NCBI GenBank assembly: GCA_038065235.1
Contig: JBBTRK010000016.1
Coordinates: 11,308 to 75,307, forward strand
Reading direction: 5' to 3'
DNA length: 64,000 nucleotides
Source of the DNA: Patescibacteria group bacterium
Lineage (GTDB): Bacteria > Patescibacteriota > Patescibacteriia > PEXW01
The notes beneath the pieces are model-generated. The model was not told the DNA's origin and made no database searches. It was given only the letters and a program-made list of their open reading frames with translations. The position numbers and the translations under genes were made by a program. Position 1 is the stretch's first letter. Each line of letters opens with the position of its first letter. Shown piece by piece: positions 29,817 through 37,794 of this stretch.

Positions 29817-30572
29817 CTACGAGCGGCGCTGGTGGGCTTTGAAAGCAGCCTGCAGTTGTCGGGCGCCATCAATGAGTCGGGGTCCAGGACGATTGAGGTA
29901 GTTCTCTGGTAAATAAGCGTAGGCATTCTCCTGCAGCGCTCGTACGTTCAACCAGCCTGGGCGATTCCGAATTCGTTCGGCATCGAATAGCTCATCACGA
30001 TTGCACCAGTGAAAGACTAGGAAATCTGGATCGGCAGCTTGGATTTCATCAACAGCCATTGGTGTACTTGATTGCTCATGTTGCCCGCGAATCATTTTCC
30101 CACCCGCAATAGAGACGAGTTCCGGGACCCACTGTCCAGCTTGTGTCGGTGGGTTTGGCCACATTTCACAGTACACGAGGAGTTGCTGCGCTGGAGCATG
30201 GTTTCGAATATCCTCGAGTTGCTCTTGCATGGTGAAGACGAGTGCCTCAGCTGCCTGGTACCGCCCTACGGCTCGACCAAGGATGAGAATTGATTCCAGA
30301 ACACTACTCAGGCTGGTCGGCTCAAGGTGGAGCACCTCACCATGCCCAGTATATGTACGAAGACCTTCAGGGTTAAACGATGTTGTCACAATGAGGTCGG
30401 GCTGTACTGAATCGATTGTTGCGGGTTGCGCATGCAGCCACGTACCAAAGCGCTGCCGACGCAATGCATCTGCCGGGTAGTCGCAATTTTGTGTGACGCC
30501 AACAACATCATCCCCTGCGCCAATGGCAAAGAGAATCTCTGTTGAACTCGGGGAAAGCGAAATAATACGCAT
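29817..30572 (-). CDS. BtuF-like (cobalamin/siderophore-type) binding protein with no signal peptide
   Basis: MRIISLSPSSTEILFAIGAGDDVVGVT… matches the BtuF signature R[IV]VSLSPSNTEL. No N-terminal hydrophobic segment. Confidence 0.55.
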   Translation of the reverse strand: MRIISLSPSSTEILFAIGAGDDVVGVTQNCDYPADALRRQRFGTWLHAQPATIDSVQPDLIVTTSFNPEGLRTYTGHGEVLHLEPTSLSSVLESILILGRAVGRYQAAEALVFTMQEQLEDIRNHAPAQQLLVYCEMWPNPPTQAGQWVPELVSIAGGKMIRGQHEQSSTPMAVDEIQAADPDFLVFHWCNRDELFDAERIRNRPGWLNVRALQENAYAYLPENYLNRPGPRLIDGARQLQAAFKAHQRRS

Positions 30573-30614
30573 ACGCCCCTATAGCGTACCGCAGGATTCC
30601 ACTGAGGTCGAGTC

Positions 30615-32351
30615 CTAAAACTTCACGGTCTGCCCAAAGGAGAGTCGTTTTTCTGGTTTTGGCTTTTCTAGATCAGCGGATGGTGGTTTCACTGGCTCCT
30701 CAATCTTTGCTACAGGTGGTACCACTTGTCGAAATGGTTGCGGTGGTCGTTGTGTTGTAGCACGACGTTCATTCCCATACGCAGACTGGTTTGGTCGTGG
30801 GTAATTCGGTCGCTGCGTCGGCATTGGCCGGCGTTCTGGACCTGATGGAATATTTCGCCCATTCCCCTGAAAATTTTGTGATGGACGCTGGGCGAGGTCA
30901 GCTAACCGAATAGTTGGTTGCTGCTGCTCTGCGACAATAGGCTCGACAATGACGCTCTCTCGTTGAAAGAGGTCCTTGGGCGGACGGCGTTTCTTCCCTT
31001 CTGGCCGGTATATTGATTCTTCCTGTTGCACGGCGTTGTTCTCCTCCTCAGCAGATGCTCGGTAGACTTCCTCGACGCCGCTCCAGCGGAGGATTTTCTC
31101 CTCAACCTCAGTCCGCTTCTGCGCGTAGCGTTCACGTGAGGCAGCAATGACCTTCTCTCGGTTGTTCGTCGGTTGGAGCTCAAAGGGCGGCAGCGTCGTT
31201 GCGCTGAAAGGTTCAGAGGCTACACCATCAATCATGAGCTTCAGATATACTTCGTACTTGGGTAGGTTCACAAGATCCGTTTGCATGAATGTCGGTTCAA
31301 ATTCTTTCTCAAGGAATTCTGCATCTTCACCCCCAACGCGGAAAGCCATAATTGTTCCAACGTTCCCGAATACGGCCGGGGCAACTTCTTCACTCAGCTG
31401 CTCAATGTACTGATGGGCAATAATGAGGTCTAAGCGGTATTTTCGAGCTTCTGAGAGGATGCCCGCAAAACTCTCAGTGGCAAAGTTTTGAAACTCATCA
31501 ACGTACAAGAAGAAATCATTCCGTTGAGGTTCTGGCGTATCTACACGACTCATGGCCGCAAGCTGCAAGCGGGTAATCATCATTGCCCCAAGAAGTGAAG
31601 AATTATCTTCGCCTATGCGGCCCTTCGCCAAGTTGAGTAGCATGATCTTCTTGCTATCCATGATGCTCCGAAGGTCGATGGTGCTCTTCGGTTGGCCCAC
31701 GATGTTCCTGATAATTGCACTGGAGAGGAACTGTCCAACTTTATTCTGAATCGGTGCTACTGCCTCGTTTCGGAACTTATCATTGTAGTTCGCAAATTCA
31801 TCAACCCAAAAACCTTTAACAATTGGGTCAGTCACTTTCGTCAGCACCCGCGTTCGGTACCGGGGGTCAACGAGCATTCGCGCTATGCCAAGCATGGTTG
31901 AGCCTGGGTACTCAAGGAGAGCTAAGATGGTGTTATTCAAAATGTACTCCATGCGAGCGCTCCACACCCCTTCCCAAATCTTCGTGAATACACCCATTAG
32001 CCCCGAAGCTACTAGGTGTCGCTGGGTCGCATCGACTGCTTCGAGCACGTTGAATCCAATGGGGTACTCGTAGTCAGAGGGGTTAATGTACACAATATCA
32101 TTGATCCGGCTATTCGGGACGTACTCCAACATCTTCTCAACCAAATCACCGTGTGGGTCAACGAGGGCTATACCATGGCCAGCCTCCATGTCGTTCACAA
32201 TCATACGTTCCATTACTGTCGATTTACCCATACCGGTTTTCCCAACCAAGTACATGTGGCGGCGTCGATCGTCGAGTTTAATACCGAAACGTCGCCGTTG
32301 GCCACGGTAGTTCGTTTCGGCAAAGACGTTCATGGAGGCGGGATCGAACAT
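30615..32351 (-). CDS. Soluble VirD4/TraD/HerA-like P-loop ATPase (type IV coupling protein family) with a Pro/Gln-rich C-terminal tail
   Basis: Walker A VGKTGMGKST, Walker B FLYVDEFQNF, and the conserved arrangement of coupling-protein/DUF87 ATPases. No TM segments. The C-terminal ~150 aa are low complexity (P/Q/R-rich). The alternative start at 32435 would overlap the upstream gene by 83 nt. Confidence 0.6.
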   Translation of the reverse strand: MFDPASMNVFAETNYRGQRRRFGIKLDDRRRHMYLVGKTGMGKSTVMERMIVNDMEAGHGIALVDPHGDLVEKMLEYVPNSRINDIVYINPSDYEYPIGFNVLEAVDATQRHLVASGLMGVFTKIWEGVWSARMEYILNNTILALLEYPGSTMLGIARMLVDPRYRTRVLTKVTDPIVKGFWVDEFANYNDKFRNEAVAPIQNKVGQFLSSAIIRNIVGQPKSTIDLRSIMDSKKIMLLNLAKGRIGEDNSSLLGAMMITRLQLAAMSRVDTPEPQRNDFFLYVDEFQNFATESFAGILSEARKYRLDLIIAHQYIEQLSEEVAPAVFGNVGTIMAFRVGGEDAEFLEKEFEPTFMQTDLVNLPKYEVYLKLMIDGVASEPFSATTLPPFELQPTNNREKVIAASRERYAQKRTEVEEKILRWSGVEEVYRASAEEENNAVQQEESIYRPEGKKRRPPKDLFQRESVIVEPIVAEQQQPTIRLADLAQRPSQNFQGNGRNIPSGPERRPMPTQRPNYPRPNQSAYGNERRATTQRPPQPFRQVVPPVAKIEEPVKPPSADLEKPKPEKRLSFGQTVKF

Positions 32352-32352
32352 A

Positions 32353-33915
32353 CTATTCGACAAATGGGAGATTAACTGGAACTTGCGGTTCTGGTGGGTT
32401 TTCAGCTGCCGAAGCCGGTTGCTGTGCTTGGCCAATAGGTACTTGTGACGTCGGTTGCAATGGGGCTACGGGAATCATGGCTGGCGGCACTCCACGCTGC
32501 ACCCCCATGGTGCTACGGACGCGTTGGATTGGCAGCGGATTTTCGACTGGTAGGCTCGTGGGTGCTCCTGCGCGCTTCGTCTCTGTCTTTAGCACTTGTG
32601 CCGCCTTCACATCAATAGTGGGGAAGTGAAAAATCGTGGCCAATTCCTCCACGTTCAGGAAGAACGCTGAACGACCGCGCCAAATGGAGCGGTTCCGATA
32701 GTTGTAGAGGTTTCGTCGTTTCCGATCGAGTAAACGCATATTTTTAAACCAGATTACGTCTCCAGTTTTTGTCGCTTTACTCAAAGTAAAAAAGTTGGAA
32801 TCACTAATTGCAAACTGTTTCAACCAACCCAAGAAACCATTTGCCCCGCGCGCTTTGTTGAATGGCTTCAGCCCATCTGGCCCAATTGTTGTTTTTCCCC
32901 AGTAGATGTATCGCCCTTTCACCTTAAAAGCAACTTTACTCATTTTCATCTGCATTTGGGTAACCGTATCACGTTCCCCTGGGGATAAGTGGAGCATGAG
33001 TGATGGTGGGTCATCTCGCTTCTTCGTCTCCTTATCTGGTGTAAGCCCGAGAAGTGTTGCAGTAGCTGCTTCCCACGAATCTTTGACGATTGTTCCCCCA
33101 ATCCCAGAATTAAGAAGTCCGGCCTTAGATTTTACTTTCTTGCCAATAAGTTTGTTGACGAGTTGTTCGCCAGAATCTCGCCACTCGTCAGGAGGGAAAT
33201 CCTGACCAATTACGAACTGTGCCCACATTTGCTCGTCCGGACTCATGCGGCTCATTATTTCCATAAGTGACCCTATGGGGTCAATGAGTTTCTGGGAAAG
33301 TCCATGCTCGAAAAATGGATAGGTTCGAATTGGGTACGCTGAATGACGAAATAAGGTGAGCTGGGCAGACCAGCAATCCCATTCGGGATGGGGAAGCTCT
33401 CGTGGTTTTGGCATGAGGTCGACGTAGTCTTCAACTTCGGTTACCTCGGCATCGGGGTACTGGGCATAAATTGACGCTTCGATAATATCGCGCTGAATAA
33501 TCAGGCATCGGGCGAAGAACTGCACGTACCCACCAAGGCTTACAATTTCTATAGACATGCTCGGCGCGACGAAGCCGTAACTAAAAAATTCAGTGAAGGG
33601 TAAACCCCACTTCTCAGAAAATATTGGGCCTTTACCAATACCGGCAAAGTGCGCAAACATTTGTTCCGCCGCTTTCGGCGTCTGCTCTGAATTCTTAGGT
33701 ACATCAATAGCGAGTAGGACGTACTTCCCCTCATAGTACTTCATCACGTATCGAATTTGAATCCACTCGTGCCAGGTGTACTTCAACCCCACAAGGAAGG
33801 TGAAGACAATACCAAGCCACCCTCCATTACGGAAGATAAACCAGAACATCGTTGCCGGATTCTGCGCCGATGATTGGAAATCATAGACGAGAACCGAAAG
33901 ATCAATTACCGCCAT
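32353..33915 (-). CDS. Hypothetical membrane protein (520 aa, one N-terminal TM) translationally coupled to the VirD4-like ATPase
   Basis: TM at aa ~24-45 and no recognisable catalytic motif. The ATG of the downstream gene sits 1 nt after its stop. Confidence 0.55.
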   Translation of the reverse strand: MAVIDLSVLVYDFQSSAQNPATMFWFIFRNGGWLGIVFTFLVGLKYTWHEWIQIRYVMKYYEGKYVLLAIDVPKNSEQTPKAAEQMFAHFAGIGKGPIFSEKWGLPFTEFFSYGFVAPSMSIEIVSLGGYVQFFARCLIIQRDIIEASIYAQYPDAEVTEVEDYVDLMPKPRELPHPEWDCWSAQLTLFRHSAYPIRTYPFFEHGLSQKLIDPIGSLMEIMSRMSPDEQMWAQFVIGQDFPPDEWRDSGEQLVNKLIGKKVKSKAGLLNSGIGGTIVKDSWEAATATLLGLTPDKETKKRDDPPSLMLHLSPGERDTVTQMQMKMSKVAFKVKGRYIYWGKTTIGPDGLKPFNKARGANGFLGWLKQFAISDSNFFTLSKATKTGDVIWFKNMRLLDRKRRNLYNYRNRSIWRGRSAFFLNVEELATIFHFPTIDVKAAQVLKTETKRAGAPTSLPVENPLPIQRVRSTMGVQRGVPPAMIPVAPLQPTSQVPIGQAQQPASAAENPPEPQVPVNLPFVE

Positions 33916-33929
33916 GGGAGAAAACGAGA

Positions 33930-35063
33930 TTACGCCAGAACGAGTGAGTACGTTCCGTCACTATTTCTTGTAAATTTTTTTCGATTGGTAAGGGCAAGGT
34001 GGATGGTGTTGCGCTTCACCATGCGCTGCTTAAGAACTTCACCCACGAGCTCATCCCGGGTGAGTGGATGCTGTTCACGCTTGAAAATTGCAATTAGAAT
34101 ATCTGCAACGACGCCTGGTTTATAGCCCCACTCTTTCAACGCGTATATTCCACGACCGACAAGTACGTACCGATCGTTCAGAATGAGCTCATTGTGCACT
34201 GTCGGCGGGTACGCTACCCGATGATCAAACTTCGTTTCATTAATTAGTTGGGTAATATCGTTGAAGTGTAATGGCTTCCCAGCTTTCTTTAGCACGAGGT
34301 ATATTTTGTCGCTCATCCTACGTGGCACAATCGTCCCCCACCCTGCTAGCCCGTACTCTTCATAGGGGTTCTTCGCAATTATTGTACTAACACCTATGTA
34401 GGATAGCACAGCTTCATCGGTGAGTTGGTACTGGTGCTCTGTACCGAATGAAGTTTTTCGTAATTGCTCGAGCACTTCTTTGACTGGGAGGGGTTTCCCA
34501 TTGGTTTCAAGAAGTTGGTGAACATTCCGGATGGTTTCATCAACCAAGTGGACTGGCGCTGTGGTAAGTTGCCAAGCGGGGAAGAATTCATCTGTCGATT
34601 GAAAATGCTTTACGCGATCCCGAAGCAAGAATTGCATGATGAAAAGTGTCGCTGCGCGAGGAGCTTGCGCATCATCAGACGTCCCGAGGAGTTGCGCGAG
34701 GAGAATATCTTCTCGCATGACCCCGCCGTGCTGGTCAAAAACAGCAGTTATTGCATCAACGATAGAGTTGATTGCATGGTGGGTGTCGTTGTACTTCCGC
34801 AGCTTCGCAATTGCCCCAGATTCAATCTGTCGAATACGTTCCCGGGTTACGTTATACTGGGCGCCAATATGCTCTAATGTTTCTGGAGCTTTTGCGTGCA
34901 AACCATGTCGCCGACGTAAAATTTCTTCTTCTCGTGAAGAAAGTATCTTGAGCAGATGCGAAAGCACATCGAGCGGGCTAAAGTGCTCAATATCATCGGT
35001 TTGCTTGCGATTCAACACCTGGTCGAGTATTGACCCTGTTTGAGAATCGGATTGATCTATCAT
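33930..35063 (-). CDS. Sigma-70 region-4-only protein fused to two HARE-HTH-like winged-helix domains
   Basis: aa ~30-90 (LSSREEEILRRRHGLHAKAPETLEHIGAQYNVTRERIRQIESGAIAKLRK) is classic sigma region 4.2. There is no region 2. The C-terminal …KKAGKPLHFNDITQLINE…VLVGRGIYALKEWGY and …NGKPLPVKEVLEQL…YGLAGWG resemble the HARE-HTH of the RNAP delta subunit. Confidence 0.6.
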   Translation of the reverse strand: MIDQSDSQTGSILDQVLNRKQTDDIEHFSPLDVLSHLLKILSSREEEILRRRHGLHAKAPETLEHIGAQYNVTRERIRQIESGAIAKLRKYNDTHHAINSIVDAITAVFDQHGGVMREDILLAQLLGTSDDAQAPRAATLFIMQFLLRDRVKHFQSTDEFFPAWQLTTAPVHLVDETIRNVHQLLETNGKPLPVKEVLEQLRKTSFGTEHQYQLTDEAVLSYIGVSTIIAKNPYEEYGLAGWGTIVPRRMSDKIYLVLKKAGKPLHFNDITQLINETKFDHRVAYPPTVHNELILNDRYVLVGRGIYALKEWGYKPGVVADILIAIFKREQHPLTRDELVGEVLKQRMVKRNTIHLALTNRKKFTRNSDGTYSLVLA

Positions 35064-35142
35064 GTAACATAGTATAGCACTTATTTCTTACTGTGTCAAG
35101 TTTTTTAGGCGCGTGTTAAAACCACTAACTTCGGGTGAGTTA

Positions 35143-36048
35143 CTAGACGACTCGCTTCTTCAACTTCCAGTTATGCCAAATAACGAGGAGCGGCGCAGCA
35201 ACGAATATTGATGAGTATGTTCCAGATGCAATGCCAATGAGGAGAGCAAGGACGAAGTTCCGTATCGTTTCCCCGCCAAATAGGAAAAGTGACGTGAGAA
35301 TAAGCAACGCTGTCATCGAAGTGTTTATAGAACGAATCATGGTTTGATTCAAGCTCTCATTCACAACATCTTCAAAGGTTTTCCCTGCTGCACTGATTAA
35401 ACGTTCACGTATACGGTCGTAGACAACAATGGTGTCATGTACCGAAAACCCTAAAACGGTGAGGAGTGCAGTTACGAAGAGCGCATCAATTTCTATACCG
35501 TAGAAGTGGCCGAATATTGCGAATACTCCAACAACCATAAACAAGTCATGGACGAGGGCAACAATAGCGCAGACCCCATACACCCATGAGGGAACCGGGC
35601 CAGAGGAAACACGACGGAATGCCCAGGTGATATACAAAACGATTATTAGTAAAACAATTGCCGTTGCAGTAATTGCCTTCCTTTTCAATTCATTCCCAAT
35701 GGTTGGGCCAATAGATTCAAAACTCTCTTGCACCGTTGTTACGTCTTTACTCTGGAGCTGTTCGAGAAATTTCGTACGTTGCTCATTCGACATAGCTTCG
35801 GTCCGTACAGTTAGACCATGATCGCCTGTTTCTTGCACAATAACGGATTGCAAGCCTGCCTGTGTCGCAACGTCTTGGACCACTTGTGCTGACGGTGGTG
35901 TACTTGCAAAATTTAGGCGAACCAGGCTGCCACCCGTGAAATCAATACCTAAGCGTAAGCCCCAGATGGCAAAGCCGACTATGCCTGGAATTAGGAGAAT
36001 AAGCGAAAGGCCAAAGAGGTAGTTACGTTTTTGGATGATTCGGTACAT
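35143..36048 (-). CDS. secF: Protein translocase subunit SecF
   Basis: SecF-like membrane topology (six TM helices with a periplasmic loop after TM1), 301 aa. Lies immediately downstream of secD. Confidence 0.85.
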   Translation of the reverse strand: MYRIIQKRNYLFGLSLILLIPGIVGFAIWGLRLGIDFTGGSLVRLNFASTPPSAQVVQDVATQAGLQSVIVQETGDHGLTVRTEAMSNEQRTKFLEQLQSKDVTTVQESFESIGPTIGNELKRKAITATAIVLLIIVLYITWAFRRVSSGPVPSWVYGVCAIVALVHDLFMVVGVFAIFGHFYGIEIDALFVTALLTVLGFSVHDTIVVYDRIRERLISAAGKTFEDVVNESLNQTMIRSINTSMTALLILTSLFLFGGETIRNFVLALLIGIASGTYSSIFVAAPLLVIWHNWKLKKRVV

Positions 36049-36051
36049 AAC

Positions 36052-37752
36052 TTAGGGTTGGGGTGGAGATTGGCGAATGTTTCCGAACCAGCGCGGGTGT
36101 CGGGCAAATCCTGCACTCGTGACAAGCCGCAGGAGCGTACGGGTTACAGTGATTGCCGAGAAGAGACTCACCACGATACCAATGAGAAGGGTTATGGCAA
36201 AACCCTTGATGAGACTCGAGCCAAACCAAATGAGAATGAGCGAGGTAATGATACTTGAAACATTTGAGTCACGAATTGAGAGCCAGGCACGCTTAAAGCC
36301 TTCTTCAATAGCCGCGTCGAGTGGCCGACCATTCCGTAGTTCTTCTTTCGTTCGTTCAAATATTAGAATGTTCGCATCGAGGGCAATACCGATAGACAAG
36401 ATAAATCCTGCAATACCAGCGAGCGTGAGGGTCACTGGCCATATTTTGAAGACTGCCAGGACAATAATGGTGTACAGCGCCAACGCAAGGGTCGCAAGAA
36501 ACCCAGGAAGTCGGTAGAAAACGATCATGAATAAACCGACGATAAGAATACCAAAGATTCCAGCAAAAATACTTCGTTCAATCGAGGTCGAACCGAGTGT
36601 TGCCCCAACCGTCTGCTGACTGACGAGCGAAATTGGTACTGGTAAGGCACCAGCATTGAGACGTCGCGAGAGCTCTTTTGCTTCAACGAGCGTGAAGCTG
36701 CCGCTAATGACGGCGCTGCCACCGGTAATCTCCTGATTCACCGTAGGATTGCTTAAGATTTGGCCGTCAAGGAATATTGCAATTGTCTTCCCAACATTAC
36801 GTTTTGTAATTTCGGCAAAGAGCTTTGCACCCTCACTATTGAACTGCAAAGAAATTTCTGGAGCACCTGTGGACTGGTTGAATGTGACAGATGAGCGCTG
36901 GAGCTGCTTGCCAGTAAGACCGGTTTCCTTAAATCCGGAGCCTGTTGCAGCTGCAGTTTGGGTACGGAAGAGAATATGGCGCCCTCGGACTTCCACAGCA
37001 TCTTTCCCATCAACTTTCGTTGTGCGCTGCTCTTCACGCTTGATTATGTGGTACCCAAATTGCGTCTGCACCAGTGTTTTTGTTACTTGCCCATCCTTCA
37101 AATCATCGAGGAGTGCTTTCTCAAATTCTGGAACGAAAGTTCCCTTCTTGGCAAAACCCAGATCACCACCACGCTTCGCTTGCGTGGTTTGATCATCGTT
37201 ACTCGGATCTTGGGTGTACTGGTCTGCAAGCGCGACGAAATCCTGCTTCGGATCAAGAGCCTTCTTCAACACTGCTCCTGCTTCGCTCTTCACCTTCGCA
37301 TTCTGGGCATCTAGCGTTTTCTGCTCTTCAGCTGTTGGGGGCTTCTGCTCAGCTGGTTCTTGGAACTGCAAGATAGGTGTGTCACCAATGAGGGTAATTG
37401 CCTGATTAATATCTTTCACCCCCGCGAGTTCAACAATGACCCGCCATTTGTCCCCCACTCGGCTTGTCTGGACCACGGGTTCAGAAACACCAAAAGCGTT
37501 CACCCGTCGCTCAATGACATCCCGCGCACTCTCTAACGCTTGCGCTTGATCAGCTGCGGGGATTGCGCTCGTATTTGCCTCATATACCAAAGCCGAACCG
37601 CCTTGAAGATCCAGACCGAGACGAAGATCGAACTGTCGTTGCAAGAACTTCCAGCCAAACGATGGGTGGGAAGGTAGAGCCACGTAACTCACCGCTGCAG
37701 TGAGCACAATGATGCAAGCAAAGGTAATCCAAACCCGACGACGCATAGTCAT
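36052..37752 (-). CDS. secD: Protein translocase subunit SecD carrying an inserted parvulin (PpiC)-type PPIase domain
   Basis: SecD P1 and TM signatures (LGLDLQGG…, a C-terminal six-TM bundle) plus an internal …AKRGGDLGFAKKGTFVPEFEKALLDDLKDGQVTKTLVQTQFGYHIIKRE… rotamase domain. Confidence 0.85.
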   Translation of the reverse strand: MTMRRRVWITFACIIVLTAAVSYVALPSHPSFGWKFLQRQFDLRLGLDLQGGSALVYEANTSAIPAADQAQALESARDVIERRVNAFGVSEPVVQTSRVGDKWRVIVELAGVKDINQAITLIGDTPILQFQEPAEQKPPTAEEQKTLDAQNAKVKSEAGAVLKKALDPKQDFVALADQYTQDPSNDDQTTQAKRGGDLGFAKKGTFVPEFEKALLDDLKDGQVTKTLVQTQFGYHIIKREEQRTTKVDGKDAVEVRGRHILFRTQTAAATGSGFKETGLTGKQLQRSSVTFNQSTGAPEISLQFNSEGAKLFAEITKRNVGKTIAIFLDGQILSNPTVNQEITGGSAVISGSFTLVEAKELSRRLNAGALPVPISLVSQQTVGATLGSTSIERSIFAGIFGILIVGLFMIVFYRLPGFLATLALALYTIIVLAVFKIWPVTLTLAGIAGFILSIGIALDANILIFERTKEELRNGRPLDAAIEEGFKRAWLSIRDSNVSSIITSLILIWFGSSLIKGFAITLLIGIVVSLFSAITVTRTLLRLVTSAGFARHPRWFGNIRQSPPQP

Positions 37753-37794
37753 GCCGCCATGCTATCAATTTTTCGCTGTGCTGACAAGCCTGCC

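Noticed and set aside
30615-31070. P/Q/R-rich region downstream of the VirD4-like ATPase core considered as a separate gene or pseudogene
   Set aside because: It is in frame with and continuous with the ATPase ORF. It is a low-complexity C-terminal tail.
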